This document shows positions 19,261 to 28,873 of a DNA stretch of 64,000 nucleotides, in pieces (the first letter of the stretch is position 1; every line of letters begins with the position of its first letter). Position numbers and translations under genes: made by a program. The DNA comes from Clostridia bacterium. Lineage in GTDB: Bacteria > Bacillota > Clostridia > UMGS1840. Under the pieces are notes generated by a model, which was given only the letters and a program-made list of their open reading frames with translations, ran no database searches and was not told the DNA's origin. Location: positions 72,299 through 136,298 of the forward strand of contig JAGAKI010000079.1 of NCBI GenBank assembly GCA_017625695.1, in the 5' to 3' direction.

Positions 19261-21561
19261 ATGCCGCAGACCTCACTGACCAAACCGGGTTCTTCTAAAA
19301 AACGACGGAGACACCTCCGGTGGCCTTTCCCGGTTGGGTCATCTCTTTTGACGGAGATTTTACTGTTTTTACTGTCTTTTTTTCTGTCCCGGACAAGTAT
19401 ATTTTTTGGAATCACGCCCCTGCCCCTTAGTGCATTTTTAGCATTGGGGGGTGGGATTTCCCCCTTGATGGGCGGAATGTTAGGAAGCTATAGCGTTGGG
19501 ATGACGCAAAGCATCTGCAGTCTTTTGGCGGCTTTTCTTCTGAAGAAAATGTTTCGGGAGGAAAAATGGGACCCGCTGATTTTATTTGTATGTCAGACGG
19601 CAACCGGCGGTATCTTTTTATGGTTGGCGAAGGCACTTCCCTATGATGTGATTTTGTTCTGCGTGTCTCTTCTGGTGGGGATGCTGGGGTATTTCGTCTT
19701 AAAAAAAGCTTACCGTGCCCAGTTTGTGAAACCAAAACAGCTTCGGTTTACCCGTCAGGAAACCTATTGTTCGTTGTTTTTGTTGTTTGCTCTGCTTTCG
19801 GGGATGCGGACCGAAACGGTGGTATTTTTAGCCGATGTTCATACGGTTTTAAAAATTTACTGCATTGCGATTGGTGCATATTATTTCGGCATTGGCGGCG
19901 GTGCTTCCTGCGGTGCCGTGTTGGGGATGCTTTCAGGATACCGGGTGGAATATTCCACCTTGCTGATGTCCGTTTATTCTCTCTACGGATTTTTTACGGG
20001 TATTTTCTGCAAATTTTCTAAATTCACGGGTTTTTTGGGGTTACTGTTTGCCTATGTGTTTTCTCTGGTGTATCTTACGGGGACAGGCAATATGATTTCC
20101 TTTCCCGAAGTGTTGGCAGGGGGTGTTCTGTACTTGGTAACACCAAACCGGCGAATTCGGACCTATCTGGAACGGTACCGGCCGTCGGAACCCATTGCAG
20201 ATGTGACAGCCACCTTAAATTCCATTACCGCAAACCGTCTGGACCGTCTTGCCAAGTCCTTTTCGGGACTTTCCAACCAGATTGAACACACAAAAAAAAA
20301 CATCCGTTCGGTGACGGGGGTCAATGAAAATACTTTGTTTGATTTTGTGGGAGAACGGGTCTGCCGTCATTGCAGTCTGTGTCACGTGTGCTGGCAGGAA
20401 AAGTATACCGACACTGCAGATGCCATGATGAAAGCCGTCAGCCATCTTTCCCATGGCGGAACGCTGGAAGAAAAACATCTGGCACCCCATTTTACAAAGC
20501 ATTGCATCAAATTGGAAAAAGTGACAGACAGCATCCGGAATTTTTATGAACTCTATCGGTTAAATGCGGTATGGAAGCATAAGCTGTCGGAAAATACCGG
20601 TGCCTTTCAGGCACAGTTTATTGAACTTTCCAAAATCATCTGTGAATTAAAACAAAATATAGAAGCCAACCGGTATTTTGATGCCCGTCTGTCCTCGGAG
20701 CTGTACAGTACCTTAGGCAACGAGGGCTACTGCGTCAGAGAAGCCTCCGTGATTAAAACTGCATCGGAAAGTTATGAGGTACGCCTGGAATTAAAATCCT
20801 GCAGGGGTGCACAAAGCTGTGTCCCTGCTCTTCGGAGTATCATCGGGGATGTGCTGGGAGTTCCGGTAACCCGTACCGATGGCGGATGTGGAAAAGGAGT
20901 CTGCCATCTGGTGTTTTCCGAGGGAGAATCCGGCAAAATCCAACAGCGGATTCAAAGCATATCCAAACGGGATTTTGCACCCACAGGCGACAGTCACTTA
21001 ATTTCCGAAATCAACCGCAATCAATATCTGATGGCACTTTCCGACGGGATGGGAAGCGGACAGGAAGCCTCCCGGGTTTCCACCTCCGTGGTGACCTTGC
21101 TGGACGAAATGATGAAAGCCGGATTTTCCCCCGAATCCGCATACAAAATGTTAAATTCCTTTCTCATTGCCTTTTGTTCCGGTTTTTCCACCTTGGATTA
21201 TGTACTGATAGACTTAAAACGGATGACTGCAAAAATGGTGAAAACCGGAGCCTGTCCCACCTTTATCAAGCGTGGCGGTGAAGTGATTGTGGTGGACAAT
21301 CCATCTCTGCCGGCAGGCATTCGTCCCAAAAAACCCTTTGTGAAAACCATTCATTTAAAAGAGGGAGATATGCTGTTTATGGTGTCCGACGGCGTGATGG
21401 AAGCCCTACCCGAAGAGGACTGGGTCTATTCTCTCATTCAGAAAAATATTACCACAGACATTTGCGAAGCGGTGGATCTGATTGCATCGGTGGCACAGCA
21501 GGATTTTGAAGTCCGTGCCGATGATATCACCGTGATGGGGATTCGGATTGTAAAGGAGTGA
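19261..21561 (+). CDS. spoIIE: stage II sporulation protein E (PP2C phosphatase)
   Basis: About 10 N-terminal TM segments plus a C-terminal PP2C domain (ALSDGMGSG, SDGV). Start at 19261 follows an AAGGAG RBS. Confidence 0.9.
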   Translation: MPQTSLTKPGSSKKRRRHLRWPFPVGSSLLTEILLFLLSFFLSRTSIFFGITPLPLSAFLALGGGISPLMGGMLGSYSVGMTQSICSLLAAFLLKKMFREEKWDPLILFVCQTATGGIFLWLAKALPYDVILFCVSLLVGMLGYFVLKKAYRAQFVKPKQLRFTRQETYCSLFLLFALLSGMRTETVVFLADVHTVLKIYCIAIGAYYFGIGGGASCGAVLGMLSGYRVEYSTLLMSVYSLYGFFTGIFCKFSKFTGFLGLLFAYVFSLVYLTGTGNMISFPEVLAGGVLYLVTPNRRIRTYLERYRPSEPIADVTATLNSITANRLDRLAKSFSGLSNQIEHTKKNIRSVTGVNENTLFDFVGERVCRHCSLCHVCWQEKYTDTADAMMKAVSHLSHGGTLEEKHLAPHFTKHCIKLEKVTDSIRNFYELYRLNAVWKHKLSENTGAFQAQFIELSKIICELKQNIEANRYFDARLSSELYSTLGNEGYCVREASVIKTASESYEVRLELKSCRGAQSCVPALRSIIGDVLGVPVTRTDGGCGKGVCHLVFSEGESGKIQQRIQSISKRDFAPTGDSHLISEINRNQYLMALSDGMGSGQEASRVSTSVVTLLDEMMKAGFSPESAYKMLNSFLIAFCSGFSTLDYVLIDLKRMTAKMVKTGACPTFIKRGGEVIVVDNPSLPAGIRPKKPFVKTIHLKEGDMLFMVSDGVMEALPEEDWVYSLIQKNITTDICEAVDLIASVAQQDFEVRADDITVMGIRIVKE

Positions 21562-21567
21562 CGGAGT

Positions 21568-22167
21568 TTGAAAAAAACCATTTTGTTTTCGTTGGTGTGT
21601 GCATCGGTTATGCTGTTTGCCATGATATTTGACTATCTGTATAATGAGCGGTTTCATCGGGTACAGTTTTATAAAGCCTCCCTGACCGACATTCAGAATC
21701 AGATGGAATTTTCCGCTCCCGTAGAGTATCGGGACGGGTTATATCTGATGACGGGTGCGGTCACGAAAATTGATAATGTCACCGAGGGAGCAGGTGCCGT
21801 GGTTACCTGGGGCGGAGAAACCCTGGAGGGGTATCTCTACCGGTTGGAGCCGGTGATGGATGAGGTATACCGTGCCACCGTATCGGTGATTGCCCAAAGA
21901 CCTCTGGAGGGAGATGCTACTGCAGTGATTTACGGCACCTTTCTTGCCGACCAGATGCTCATTCCCGAAGAATGTGTGGTAACCGATTCCAAAGGAAGGG
22001 ATGCGGTCTTTGTGGAAATGAACAACTATGCCGTTTTGCGGAATGTGGAGCTTGGAAAGCACTATCCCTCCAATCAGGTGCAGATTCTTTCGGGGGTGTT
22101 ACCGGACGAACAGGTGATTCTGACGCCCGAACATATTCGTGCAGGAGACCGAATTTCATCCCCCTGA
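21568..22167 (+). CDS. hypothetical membrane-anchored protein
   Basis: 199 aa. TTG start 8 nt after AAAGGAG. One N-terminal TM segment. The C-terminus weakly resembles a HlyD/efflux-adaptor beta-barrel. Confidence 0.5.
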   Translation: MKKTILFSLVCASVMLFAMIFDYLYNERFHRVQFYKASLTDIQNQMEFSAPVEYRDGLYLMTGAVTKIDNVTEGAGAVVTWGGETLEGYLYRLEPVMDEVYRATVSVIAQRPLEGDATAVIYGTFLADQMLIPEECVVTDSKGRDAVFVEMNNYAVLRNVELGKHYPSNQVQILSGVLPDEQVILTPEHIRAGDRISSP

Positions 22168-22201
22168 TGCTCAATTTTTTTGTGCAAAAAGAAGGAATGG
22201 T

Positions 22202-22329
22202 TTTTCCACATTTTTTGGGGAAAACTTTTCAATTCTCTGTGGAATACCCCCTTTTTGGGGTGGATTTACGGGGAAATTCTTCCAAAAGTCTTGCAAATTC
22301 AACATTTTTTTCACGGAGAGTTTTCCACA
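22202..22329. promoter_or_regulatory. secondary DnaA-box cluster
   Basis: TTTTCCACA at 22202-22210 and 22321-22329 (8/9). TGTGGAATA at 22238-22246 (7/9). About 45 bp is paralogous to 10028-10071. Confidence 0.6.
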
Positions 22330-22423
22330 GTTGTGTTGGTAAGTTTTAAGAAACATTTTTCCGGGCAACACCTCCCCTGAGTCAGGGGAGGTGGGGTTTA
22401 TTTCCACGCCTAAAGGCACCAAC

Positions 22424-22461
22424 AAAAAATATCCCCCGTACTTTACGGAGGGATATTTTTT
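22424..22461. terminator. bidirectional Rho-independent terminator
   Basis: A6-TATCCCCCGTA-CTT-TACGGAGGGATA-T6. Confidence 0.75.
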
Positions 22462-22466
22462 GTATG

Positions 22467-23615
22467 TTAAAACATATTTTTTCCAAATACCAAATTGCAA
22501 AACAGCTGTACCCCAATCATCAGGCAGTCCTCATCGGGAGAAAATCTGGGATTGTGCAGAGGATAAAAGGGTTCGCCCTCTCTCTGACAGCCGATTCTGA
22601 TATGTGCGGAGGGGACTTCTTCGCAAAAGAAAGAAAAATCTTCTGCCGCATAGGTGGCAGTTCCCTGACGGACAGATGCTTCCCCTACGGTGAACATTGC
22701 CGCCTGTTTTAGTTCATCCAAGGCATCGGGATGATTGGTCAGAGGGGGATATTCCTGTACCGGTAAAAATTCGGTGGCAATTCCCATTTCGTGGGTAATT
22801 TCTTCTGCAATCCGGGAAAGCTGCTCTAAAATGGCACTTCTGTCCCCTTTGTTTAAGGTGCGGATGGTACCCAGAAGCTTTGCTTCCTCGGCAAAGACAT
22901 TGTGAAATCCGTCACTTTGGCAGGCACAGACCGATACCACTGCATGGGGGAATTTTTTCCCTAAGGAAGTGATTTTCCAGATTCCCTCCGACAAAGCGGG
23001 CAAGGGAGACTGAACCGACTGGGGCATCGCACCGTGACCGCCTGTTCCCCGGAATTTCATTTCGTAGCGGTCGCATCCCGCAAAGGACGCACCTTCCACC
23101 CATTCCAGCGTTCCCACAGGAACTTCCGGCCACACGTGAGCACCGTAGACCCGGCTGACTTCGGGATTTTTGAGGACTCCCTCTTTTATCATGGGCAAGG
23201 CACCGCCGTCCCCTTCTTCTGCCGGCTGAAACATCAGCTTGACACAGCAGGGAAGCTGGTCCTCGTGTTCTTTTAAAATTTTTGCAGTCACCAAAAGAAT
23301 GGCGATGTGGGCATCGTGACCGCAGGCGTGCATCCTCTCCGGATGACAGGAGGCATAAGGAAGCTCGGTTTTCTCACTGACAGGCAAGCCGTCAATATCC
23401 ATCCGAAGTGCCACACATTCTTTGGCGGGGTCCCCCACTACAGCCGTCACACCGGTGTGAAACAGCCGTGTTGCGTTGGTGATGCCGTAGCTTTTTAAGG
23501 TATCTAAAATCAGCTGACAGGTTTTGGTTTCCTGTTGTGAGATTTCGGGAATCTGATGAAATGCCCGCCGCAGACGGATGACCTCATCCCGATACGCTTC
23601 CTGATGGATTTTCAT
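22467..23615 (-). CDS. M20D-family amidohydrolase (N-acyl-amino acid/hippurate hydrolase-like)
   Basis: 382 aa. HACGHDAH metal-ligand motif. Confidence 0.85.
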   Translation of the reverse strand: MKIHQEAYRDEVIRLRRAFHQIPEISQQETKTCQLILDTLKSYGITNATRLFHTGVTAVVGDPAKECVALRMDIDGLPVSEKTELPYASCHPERMHACGHDAHIAILLVTAKILKEHEDQLPCCVKLMFQPAEEGDGGALPMIKEGVLKNPEVSRVYGAHVWPEVPVGTLEWVEGASFAGCDRYEMKFRGTGGHGAMPQSVQSPLPALSEGIWKITSLGKKFPHAVVSVCACQSDGFHNVFAEEAKLLGTIRTLNKGDRSAILEQLSRIAEEITHEMGIATEFLPVQEYPPLTNHPDALDELKQAAMFTVGEASVRQGTATYAAEDFSFFCEEVPSAHIRIGCQREGEPFYPLHNPRFSPDEDCLMIGVQLFCNLVFGKNMF

Positions 23616-23843
23616 TGGGAGTCCCCCCTTTTTTTACTTGATTTTTTTCCATTATACACAAGGCAAAACCCGAATGCAATTCTTTTTCAGAAATTGTAAC
23701 GGGAATGTAAATATTTCCGCCGGTTTTTCATAGAATGAAATCTCCGGAAAAAATTTTTCTCTCAAAAATCAGATTCCTATTGAAAAAAAGGAAAAATCAG
23801 TGTATAATATTACCATGATCAGATAGAAGGGGACGGATGGGAT

Positions 23844-25211
23844 ATGATGTTAGGAAATTTAACCAGCAACAAAATATTTTTTTCGGGCATCGGCGGCGTC
23901 AGCATGAATGCCCTCGCTTTGATTTTACAGGCAAACGGATATCAGGTCACCGGGTCGGACCGGTCGGCTTCTCCCATTACTGACCGTTTGGTTGCTGCGG
24001 GGATTCCCGTGTTTATCGGGCAGACGGCGGAAAATATCACACCCGATCTGGGGCTTGTGGTACGAACTGCCGCAGTTCCTATGGATGCTCCCGAAATTGT
24101 CAGAGCGATGGAGCTTGGCATCCCCGTGATGGAGCGTTGTACCTTGCTTGGGATCGTGATGAAAAACTATCAGAACCGCATCAACGTTTCCGGTACCCAC
24201 GGAAAAACCACCACCACTTCGATGACAGCGTTGGCACTCATGAAAGCGGGGGTGGAACCTACCGTGACCGTTGGGGGAGACTTTCCGCAGATAGACGGTA
24301 ATCTGTTGCTTGGCAAGCGGGACTATTTTGTGTGCGAAGCCTGTGAATATGTGGAAAGTTTCTTAGAATTCTTTCCCTCTGCTACCATCCTCTTAAATAT
24401 TGAAGAAGACCATTTAGACTACTACCGTGACATTGTCCACATCCGCTCGGCATTCCAGAGATTTGTGGAAAAGACCGAACAGCTTATGGTGGCAAACGGA
24501 GATGACCCAAATGTTCGTTTATTAGATTTTACCAACACAAAAACCGTATTTTTCGGACTGGAATCGGGTGACTACCTGGCAAAAAACGTAGTGTTTTATC
24601 CCGACCGTACCGAATATGATGCAGTTTTTCACGGCGAACCTCTTGCCCACGTGGTTCTGACGGTGCCGGGTGCCCATAATGTATTGAATTCCTTAGCGGT
24701 CTTTGCCCTGTGCCGGGAGCTTGGCTTACCCAAAGAACCGGTGCTGGAAGCACTTTGTGAATTTGGCGGTGCCAAACGGAGAATGGAATATAAGGGGCAA
24801 TACCAATCGGTGCCTGTTTATGACGACTATGCCCATCATCCCACCGAAATCGAAACTACCATATCTTCTCTGCGTCAGAAAAATCCCAAACGGCTGGTGA
24901 TGCTGTTCCAGCCGCATACCTACACCCGCACCAAAACCTTGAAGGATGATTTCATCCGTGTATTAAAAGAGGTGGATGCGGTGTATCTGTTAGACATTTA
25001 TGCAGCACGGGAAAAAGACACGGGCGAAATCAGCTCCCGTGATCTGGCAGAACAGATTCCCGGCTGTTTCTATACGCCTACCATGGCAGAGGCGCTTCGG
25101 GAATTGGAAGCGGCACTTTCTCCGGGTGACGTGTTTGTAACGGTAGGTGCCGGAGACGTGTACCGTGTGGGCGAAGCCTTATTAGAAACCAAAAAAGGAG
25201 ACCTCTCGTAA
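23844..25211 (+). CDS. murC: UDP-N-acetylmuramate--L-alanine ligase
   Basis: GIGGVSMNALA Rossmann motif, GTHGKTTT P-loop, Mur ligase C-domain. Confidence 0.95.
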   Translation: MMLGNLTSNKIFFSGIGGVSMNALALILQANGYQVTGSDRSASPITDRLVAAGIPVFIGQTAENITPDLGLVVRTAAVPMDAPEIVRAMELGIPVMERCTLLGIVMKNYQNRINVSGTHGKTTTTSMTALALMKAGVEPTVTVGGDFPQIDGNLLLGKRDYFVCEACEYVESFLEFFPSATILLNIEEDHLDYYRDIVHIRSAFQRFVEKTEQLMVANGDDPNVRLLDFTNTKTVFFGLESGDYLAKNVVFYPDRTEYDAVFHGEPLAHVVLTVPGAHNVLNSLAVFALCRELGLPKEPVLEALCEFGGAKRRMEYKGQYQSVPVYDDYAHHPTEIETTISSLRQKNPKRLVMLFQPHTYTRTKTLKDDFIRVLKEVDAVYLLDIYAAREKDTGEISSRDLAEQIPGCFYTPTMAEALRELEAALSPGDVFVTVGAGDVYRVGEALLETKKGDLS

Positions 25212-26041
25212 TGAAAAATCCCGTTTACGGTTGGGAACAGCCATATCTGGAACAAATAAAAAAAGAAATACTGATTTATACCGACCAAACCTTTTTTGAC
25301 GGTTTTTCCAATCTGATTGCCGAAAAAAAGGGTGACAAAAAAATTCTTGTGGGCTTTTGTGCCTCCGAAAATGCCTTGCTTGTGAACGAAATTTTCCCCG
25401 ACGGAACCGTGGGTTACTGTCCTCTTTGGGAAACCGCCGACACCTTTTCTAATGAACGGGTGCTGTCCCCTGCCGGACGGCAAGGGTTAATCAACCATAA
25501 GGAAAAGAAGCTGGATTTTGGTACTTCGGACGTAAAGGCAACCGCCCGCATTGTGAAAAAAGGGGACGTTGTGTATGTAAAACCCTTGTGCGAAACTCTG
25601 GGGGACAGCTATATCACCAATGAAATTCCCTATTTTTTCAAACAGATTTTTGTGGATTTTATCAAGAAAACGAATACCAAAGTATCGGTGGCGTTTCTTC
25701 GGGAAACCAAAAAAGGCGCTCATGCACTGGGAATTCATTATCCCGCAGAGGAAGCCTATTTTGTGACCTGTATGGAAGAATTACCGGCGGAGGTTTGTTT
25801 CTTAAAAAAAGAGGGAGACTTTATTTCTTCCGCAGAACTTCCCACTCTTCCCACAGCGGTTTCCAAAGAGATGAAAACCCCTGCCAACACCTACTTTTTA
25901 TCCGGCGGTTGCACCCATACGGCAGGAATTGCCTTAAAAGCAACCAAACTGCCCAACGGGCATTACAAAATAAAAAAATCCGCAGTAGAGCAGTTGTTTG
26001 CGTTTTTAAAAACCCGGGCAACGGATGGTGCATCCTTATGA
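25211..26041 (+). CDS. hypothetical protein
   Basis: 276 aa. Translationally coupled at both ends: its ATG overlaps the murC stop (TAATG), and ATGA overlaps the next gene. No motif recognised. Confidence 0.6.
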   Translation: MKNPVYGWEQPYLEQIKKEILIYTDQTFFDGFSNLIAEKKGDKKILVGFCASENALLVNEIFPDGTVGYCPLWETADTFSNERVLSPAGRQGLINHKEKKLDFGTSDVKATARIVKKGDVVYVKPLCETLGDSYITNEIPYFFKQIFVDFIKKTNTKVSVAFLRETKKGAHALGIHYPAEEAYFVTCMEELPAEVCFLKKEGDFISSAELPTLPTAVSKEMKTPANTYFLSGGCTHTAGIALKATKLPNGHYKIKKSAVEQLFAFLKTRATDGASL

Positions 26042-27420
26042 AAAACCGGGTTGTTTTATTGGTAGGCTTAAATGCCAAATTTTCCCATACTGCACTTGGG
26101 GTCCGCTCCATCGGTGCTTATCTTACCCATCAGGGAGTTCCCAATACCGTGGCGGAATATTCCATCAACGACCCCTATGAAAGCATTTTTTATGATATCA
26201 TTGCAAAAAAACCCGATGTAATCGGGTTTTCTACATACCTTTGGAATATTTCTCTGGTCAACCGGCTGATGGCAGATATCAAACTGGCACTTCCTGGAGT
26301 GACCGTCTTTTTGGGCGGACCGGAAGCCGGCTATCACGAAACGCCGGAAACCGCCTTCCCCCTTGCGGACCATGTGATAGCGGGCGAGGGCGAGGGTGCT
26401 GTCTACCGGTATCTGACGGGAGAAGAACCCGACGGAGAATTTCCCCATCTTCCCTTCCCCTATACATTCCCCTTAACCAAAGGGAAAACGGTGTATTATG
26501 AGGCGTCCCGTGGCTGTCCCTACCGTTGCAGTTATTGTATTTCTTCCCTGGAAAAGCATCTCCGGTTTAAACCCTTACCTCAGGTGAAAGAGGAGCTTTC
26601 CCGTTTGATTGAGGCGGGAGCGGGTAAGGTGAAATTCATCGACCGTACCTTTAATGTGAATCCCGATGCCTACGAAATTTTTAAATTTGTGATAGAAAAC
26701 GGACAAAACACCGGGTTCCATTTTGAAATCAAACCCGAACTGTTTTCCGAACGGGATTTTGCCCTGCTGGAAACCGCACCCAAGGGACGAATCCAGTTTG
26801 AAGCGGGACTGCAGTCCTTAAATCCCGAAACCTTAACTGCCATTTGTCGCAAAAACGATTGCGAAACAGCGTTTTCCAATCTGAAACGGATTCTCTCTAT
26901 GGGAAACATTCATCTGCATCTGGACTTGATTGCAGGACTTCCCTTTGAAGACAAAGCCTCCTTTATTTGTGGGTTCAATGAAGTTTACAAGCTTCATCCC
27001 CATATGCTTCAGCTTGGCTTTTTGAAAATTTTAAACGGAACCCGGATGAAAGAAAAGGTTTCAGAATACGGCATTGTGTATTCCCCCCATCCTCCCTATC
27101 AGGTTATTTCTACCCGTTGGCTTTCGGTGGATGATATCCGGGAATTAAAACTTGCCGAAGCGGGTCTGGATACCTTTTCCAACAAAGGATTTTTCCCCGA
27201 TGCCCTTTCGTATCTGTGGGAAGTGAGCGACAAAACGCCTTACGAAATCTTTTTATCGTTAGGACAAGCGTTATCCGAAGAACCTCCTCTGTCCCATCCC
27301 CGTCTGTTTCGCCTGTTTTATGAGTGGTATGTAACACAGGGGATGAACCATCCCGAAATTTTCTTAGAAAAACTCCAAGAGGATTTTAAACGGAAAAACC
27401 CCAATAAACCTATGTTTTAA
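26038..27420 (+). CDS. B12-binding-domain radical SAM protein (DUF4080-type C-terminus)
   Basis: The N-terminus resembles a cobalamin-binding fold. Contains CPYRCSYC (CxxxCxxC). Start trimmed to MKNRVVLLVG at 26038. Confidence 0.8.
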   Translation: MKNRVVLLVGLNAKFSHTALGVRSIGAYLTHQGVPNTVAEYSINDPYESIFYDIIAKKPDVIGFSTYLWNISLVNRLMADIKLALPGVTVFLGGPEAGYHETPETAFPLADHVIAGEGEGAVYRYLTGEEPDGEFPHLPFPYTFPLTKGKTVYYEASRGCPYRCSYCISSLEKHLRFKPLPQVKEELSRLIEAGAGKVKFIDRTFNVNPDAYEIFKFVIENGQNTGFHFEIKPELFSERDFALLETAPKGRIQFEAGLQSLNPETLTAICRKNDCETAFSNLKRILSMGNIHLHLDLIAGLPFEDKASFICGFNEVYKLHPHMLQLGFLKILNGTRMKEKVSEYGIVYSPHPPYQVISTRWLSVDDIRELKLAEAGLDTFSNKGFFPDALSYLWEVSDKTPYEIFLSLGQALSEEPPLSHPRLFRLFYEWYVTQGMNHPEIFLEKLQEDFKRKNPNKPMF

Positions 27421-27458
27421 AAGAATCGGTAAACACCCAAAACAATGGATACCCCCTC

Positions 27459-27485
27459 GTAGGGGACGATGCCCACATCGTCCCG
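27459..27485. repeat. REP-like palindromic hairpin with conserved flanks
   Basis: GTAGGGGACGATGCCCACATCGTCCCG. The flanks at 27433-27512 match 32506-32590. Confidence 0.85.
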
Positions 27486-27571
27486 CTGTGTGGCACCCAA
27501 ATTGTTTGGAGATTCCTTTATTTTTCATCGTTTACCAATCATAAATCATCCCGAAGGGAGAATTCTTAACA

Positions 27572-28291
27572 ATGAACCGATTTTTTACCGACGAGGCTGT
27601 TCAAAACGGCACTGTCACCTTAACCGACGAAACCGTACATCATATCAAAAACGTGATAAAGCTACGGGAAGGCGAGCCTTTGATTCTTGTAAAAAATAAA
27701 AAAGAATTGCTTTGCCGTATTGACAAAATCGAAAAAAGCAGTATAATAGTAACTGTGCAAGAAGAATTGGAGACTTTGACGGAAAATCCCTTTTCCATCA
27801 CGCTCTTTCAGGGAATTCCCAAGGGAGATAAGATGGACTTCATCGTGGAAAAAGCGGTGGAAACGGGTGTCACCGGAATTGTCCCCTTAAAAATGAACCG
27901 CTCCATTGCCAAAATTGAGGGAAAAGACGTGGCGAAAAAGACAGAACGGTTTCAAAAAATCGCCAAGTCCGCAGCCCAGCAAAGCGGGCGTCTGATCATT
28001 CCCGCAGTATCGGAACCTAAAACCGTCAAGCAGGTGGACTGGAGCCGGTTTGACCTGAAGCTTCTCTGCTATGAAGACGAAGGTAAAACCACCCTAAAAC
28101 AAGTGTTACAGCAGGCTTCCTCTCACGAAAACATTGCGGTGGTGATTGGCCCCGAAGGCGGTATTTCTCCCGAAGAAGTTACTTATCTTTGCGATGCCGG
28201 TTTTTGTACGGTATCGTTAGGAAGCCGGATTCTTCGCACCGAAACGGCAGGCATCTATGCCCTTGCCAATTTGCAATACGAGTTTTTTTAA
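27572..28291 (+). CDS. rsmE: 16S rRNA (uracil1498-N3)-methyltransferase
   Basis: 239 aa, SPOUT fold, GPEGG motif. Confidence 0.9.
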   Translation: MNRFFTDEAVQNGTVTLTDETVHHIKNVIKLREGEPLILVKNKKELLCRIDKIEKSSIIVTVQEELETLTENPFSITLFQGIPKGDKMDFIVEKAVETGVTGIVPLKMNRSIAKIEGKDVAKKTERFQKIAKSAAQQSGRLIIPAVSEPKTVKQVDWSRFDLKLLCYEDEGKTTLKQVLQQASSHENIAVVIGPEGGISPEEVTYLCDAGFCTVSLGSRILRTETAGIYALANLQYEFF

Positions 28292-28345
28292 GGCTCGTTC
28301 CCACTGTTTTTTAAATTATATTTTATAAAGGAGTTTTTTTACATT

Positions 28346-28873
28346 ATGAAAAAACAAACCACCAAATTCACCAAACAGGAAAAAGAAAAAATCGAAAACA
28401 GACAGCTGTCTATTTTTGCTTCCGCTCTGGGTGCAGAAATGATTTGTCTGTATCTTTTTAACTGGTTCAGAGGGTCTTCCGGCTTTGTAACCACTGCAAG
28501 ATGGATGACTTACATTCTGTTAGTTGGCTTTATTGTGCTGACTGTACTCTTAAAAGTGAAAGCCAACAAATTTGCAAAACAGGAACAGACCGCACGTGCA
28601 GAAAAATATAACAACTGGTTCTTTGTAACCTTAGCAGCTGCCATTTCTGCATTTTTCATTTACCCCACCGAATTAATCAGCTTCATCCCCGGCATCGGCA
28701 TTTCCGTTGCAACTGCAATCAATCAGGTAAAACCCTTCTTTAACAACGCCATTTCCTTCAGAATTTCCATCGTAATGATTCTGGTTGCCATCTACACCAT
28801 CGTTGCAATGACCTACTACAGCGTAATTTCTGCACAGGCAAAAAAGGCTTCCTTAAACAAAGGCGGCAAATAA
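28346..28873 (+). CDS. hypothetical membrane protein (4-5 TM)
   Basis: 175 aa, AAAGGAG RBS, hydrophobic segments. Confidence 0.6.
   Translation: MKKQTTKFTKQEKEKIENRQLSIFASALGAEMICLYLFNWFRGSSGFVTTARWMTYILLVGFIVLTVLLKVKANKFAKQEQTARAEKYNNWFFVTLAAAISAFFIYPTELISFIPGIGISVATAINQVKPFFNNAISFRISIVMILVAIYTIVAMTYYSVISAQAKKASLNKGGK

Noticed and set aside
25795-26037. N-terminal 81-aa extension of the radical SAM ORF
   Set aside because: It overlaps the preceding gene in another frame and has an arginine-rich, low-complexity translation. ATG at 26038 gives a typical B12-domain N-terminus and an ATGA coupling junction.
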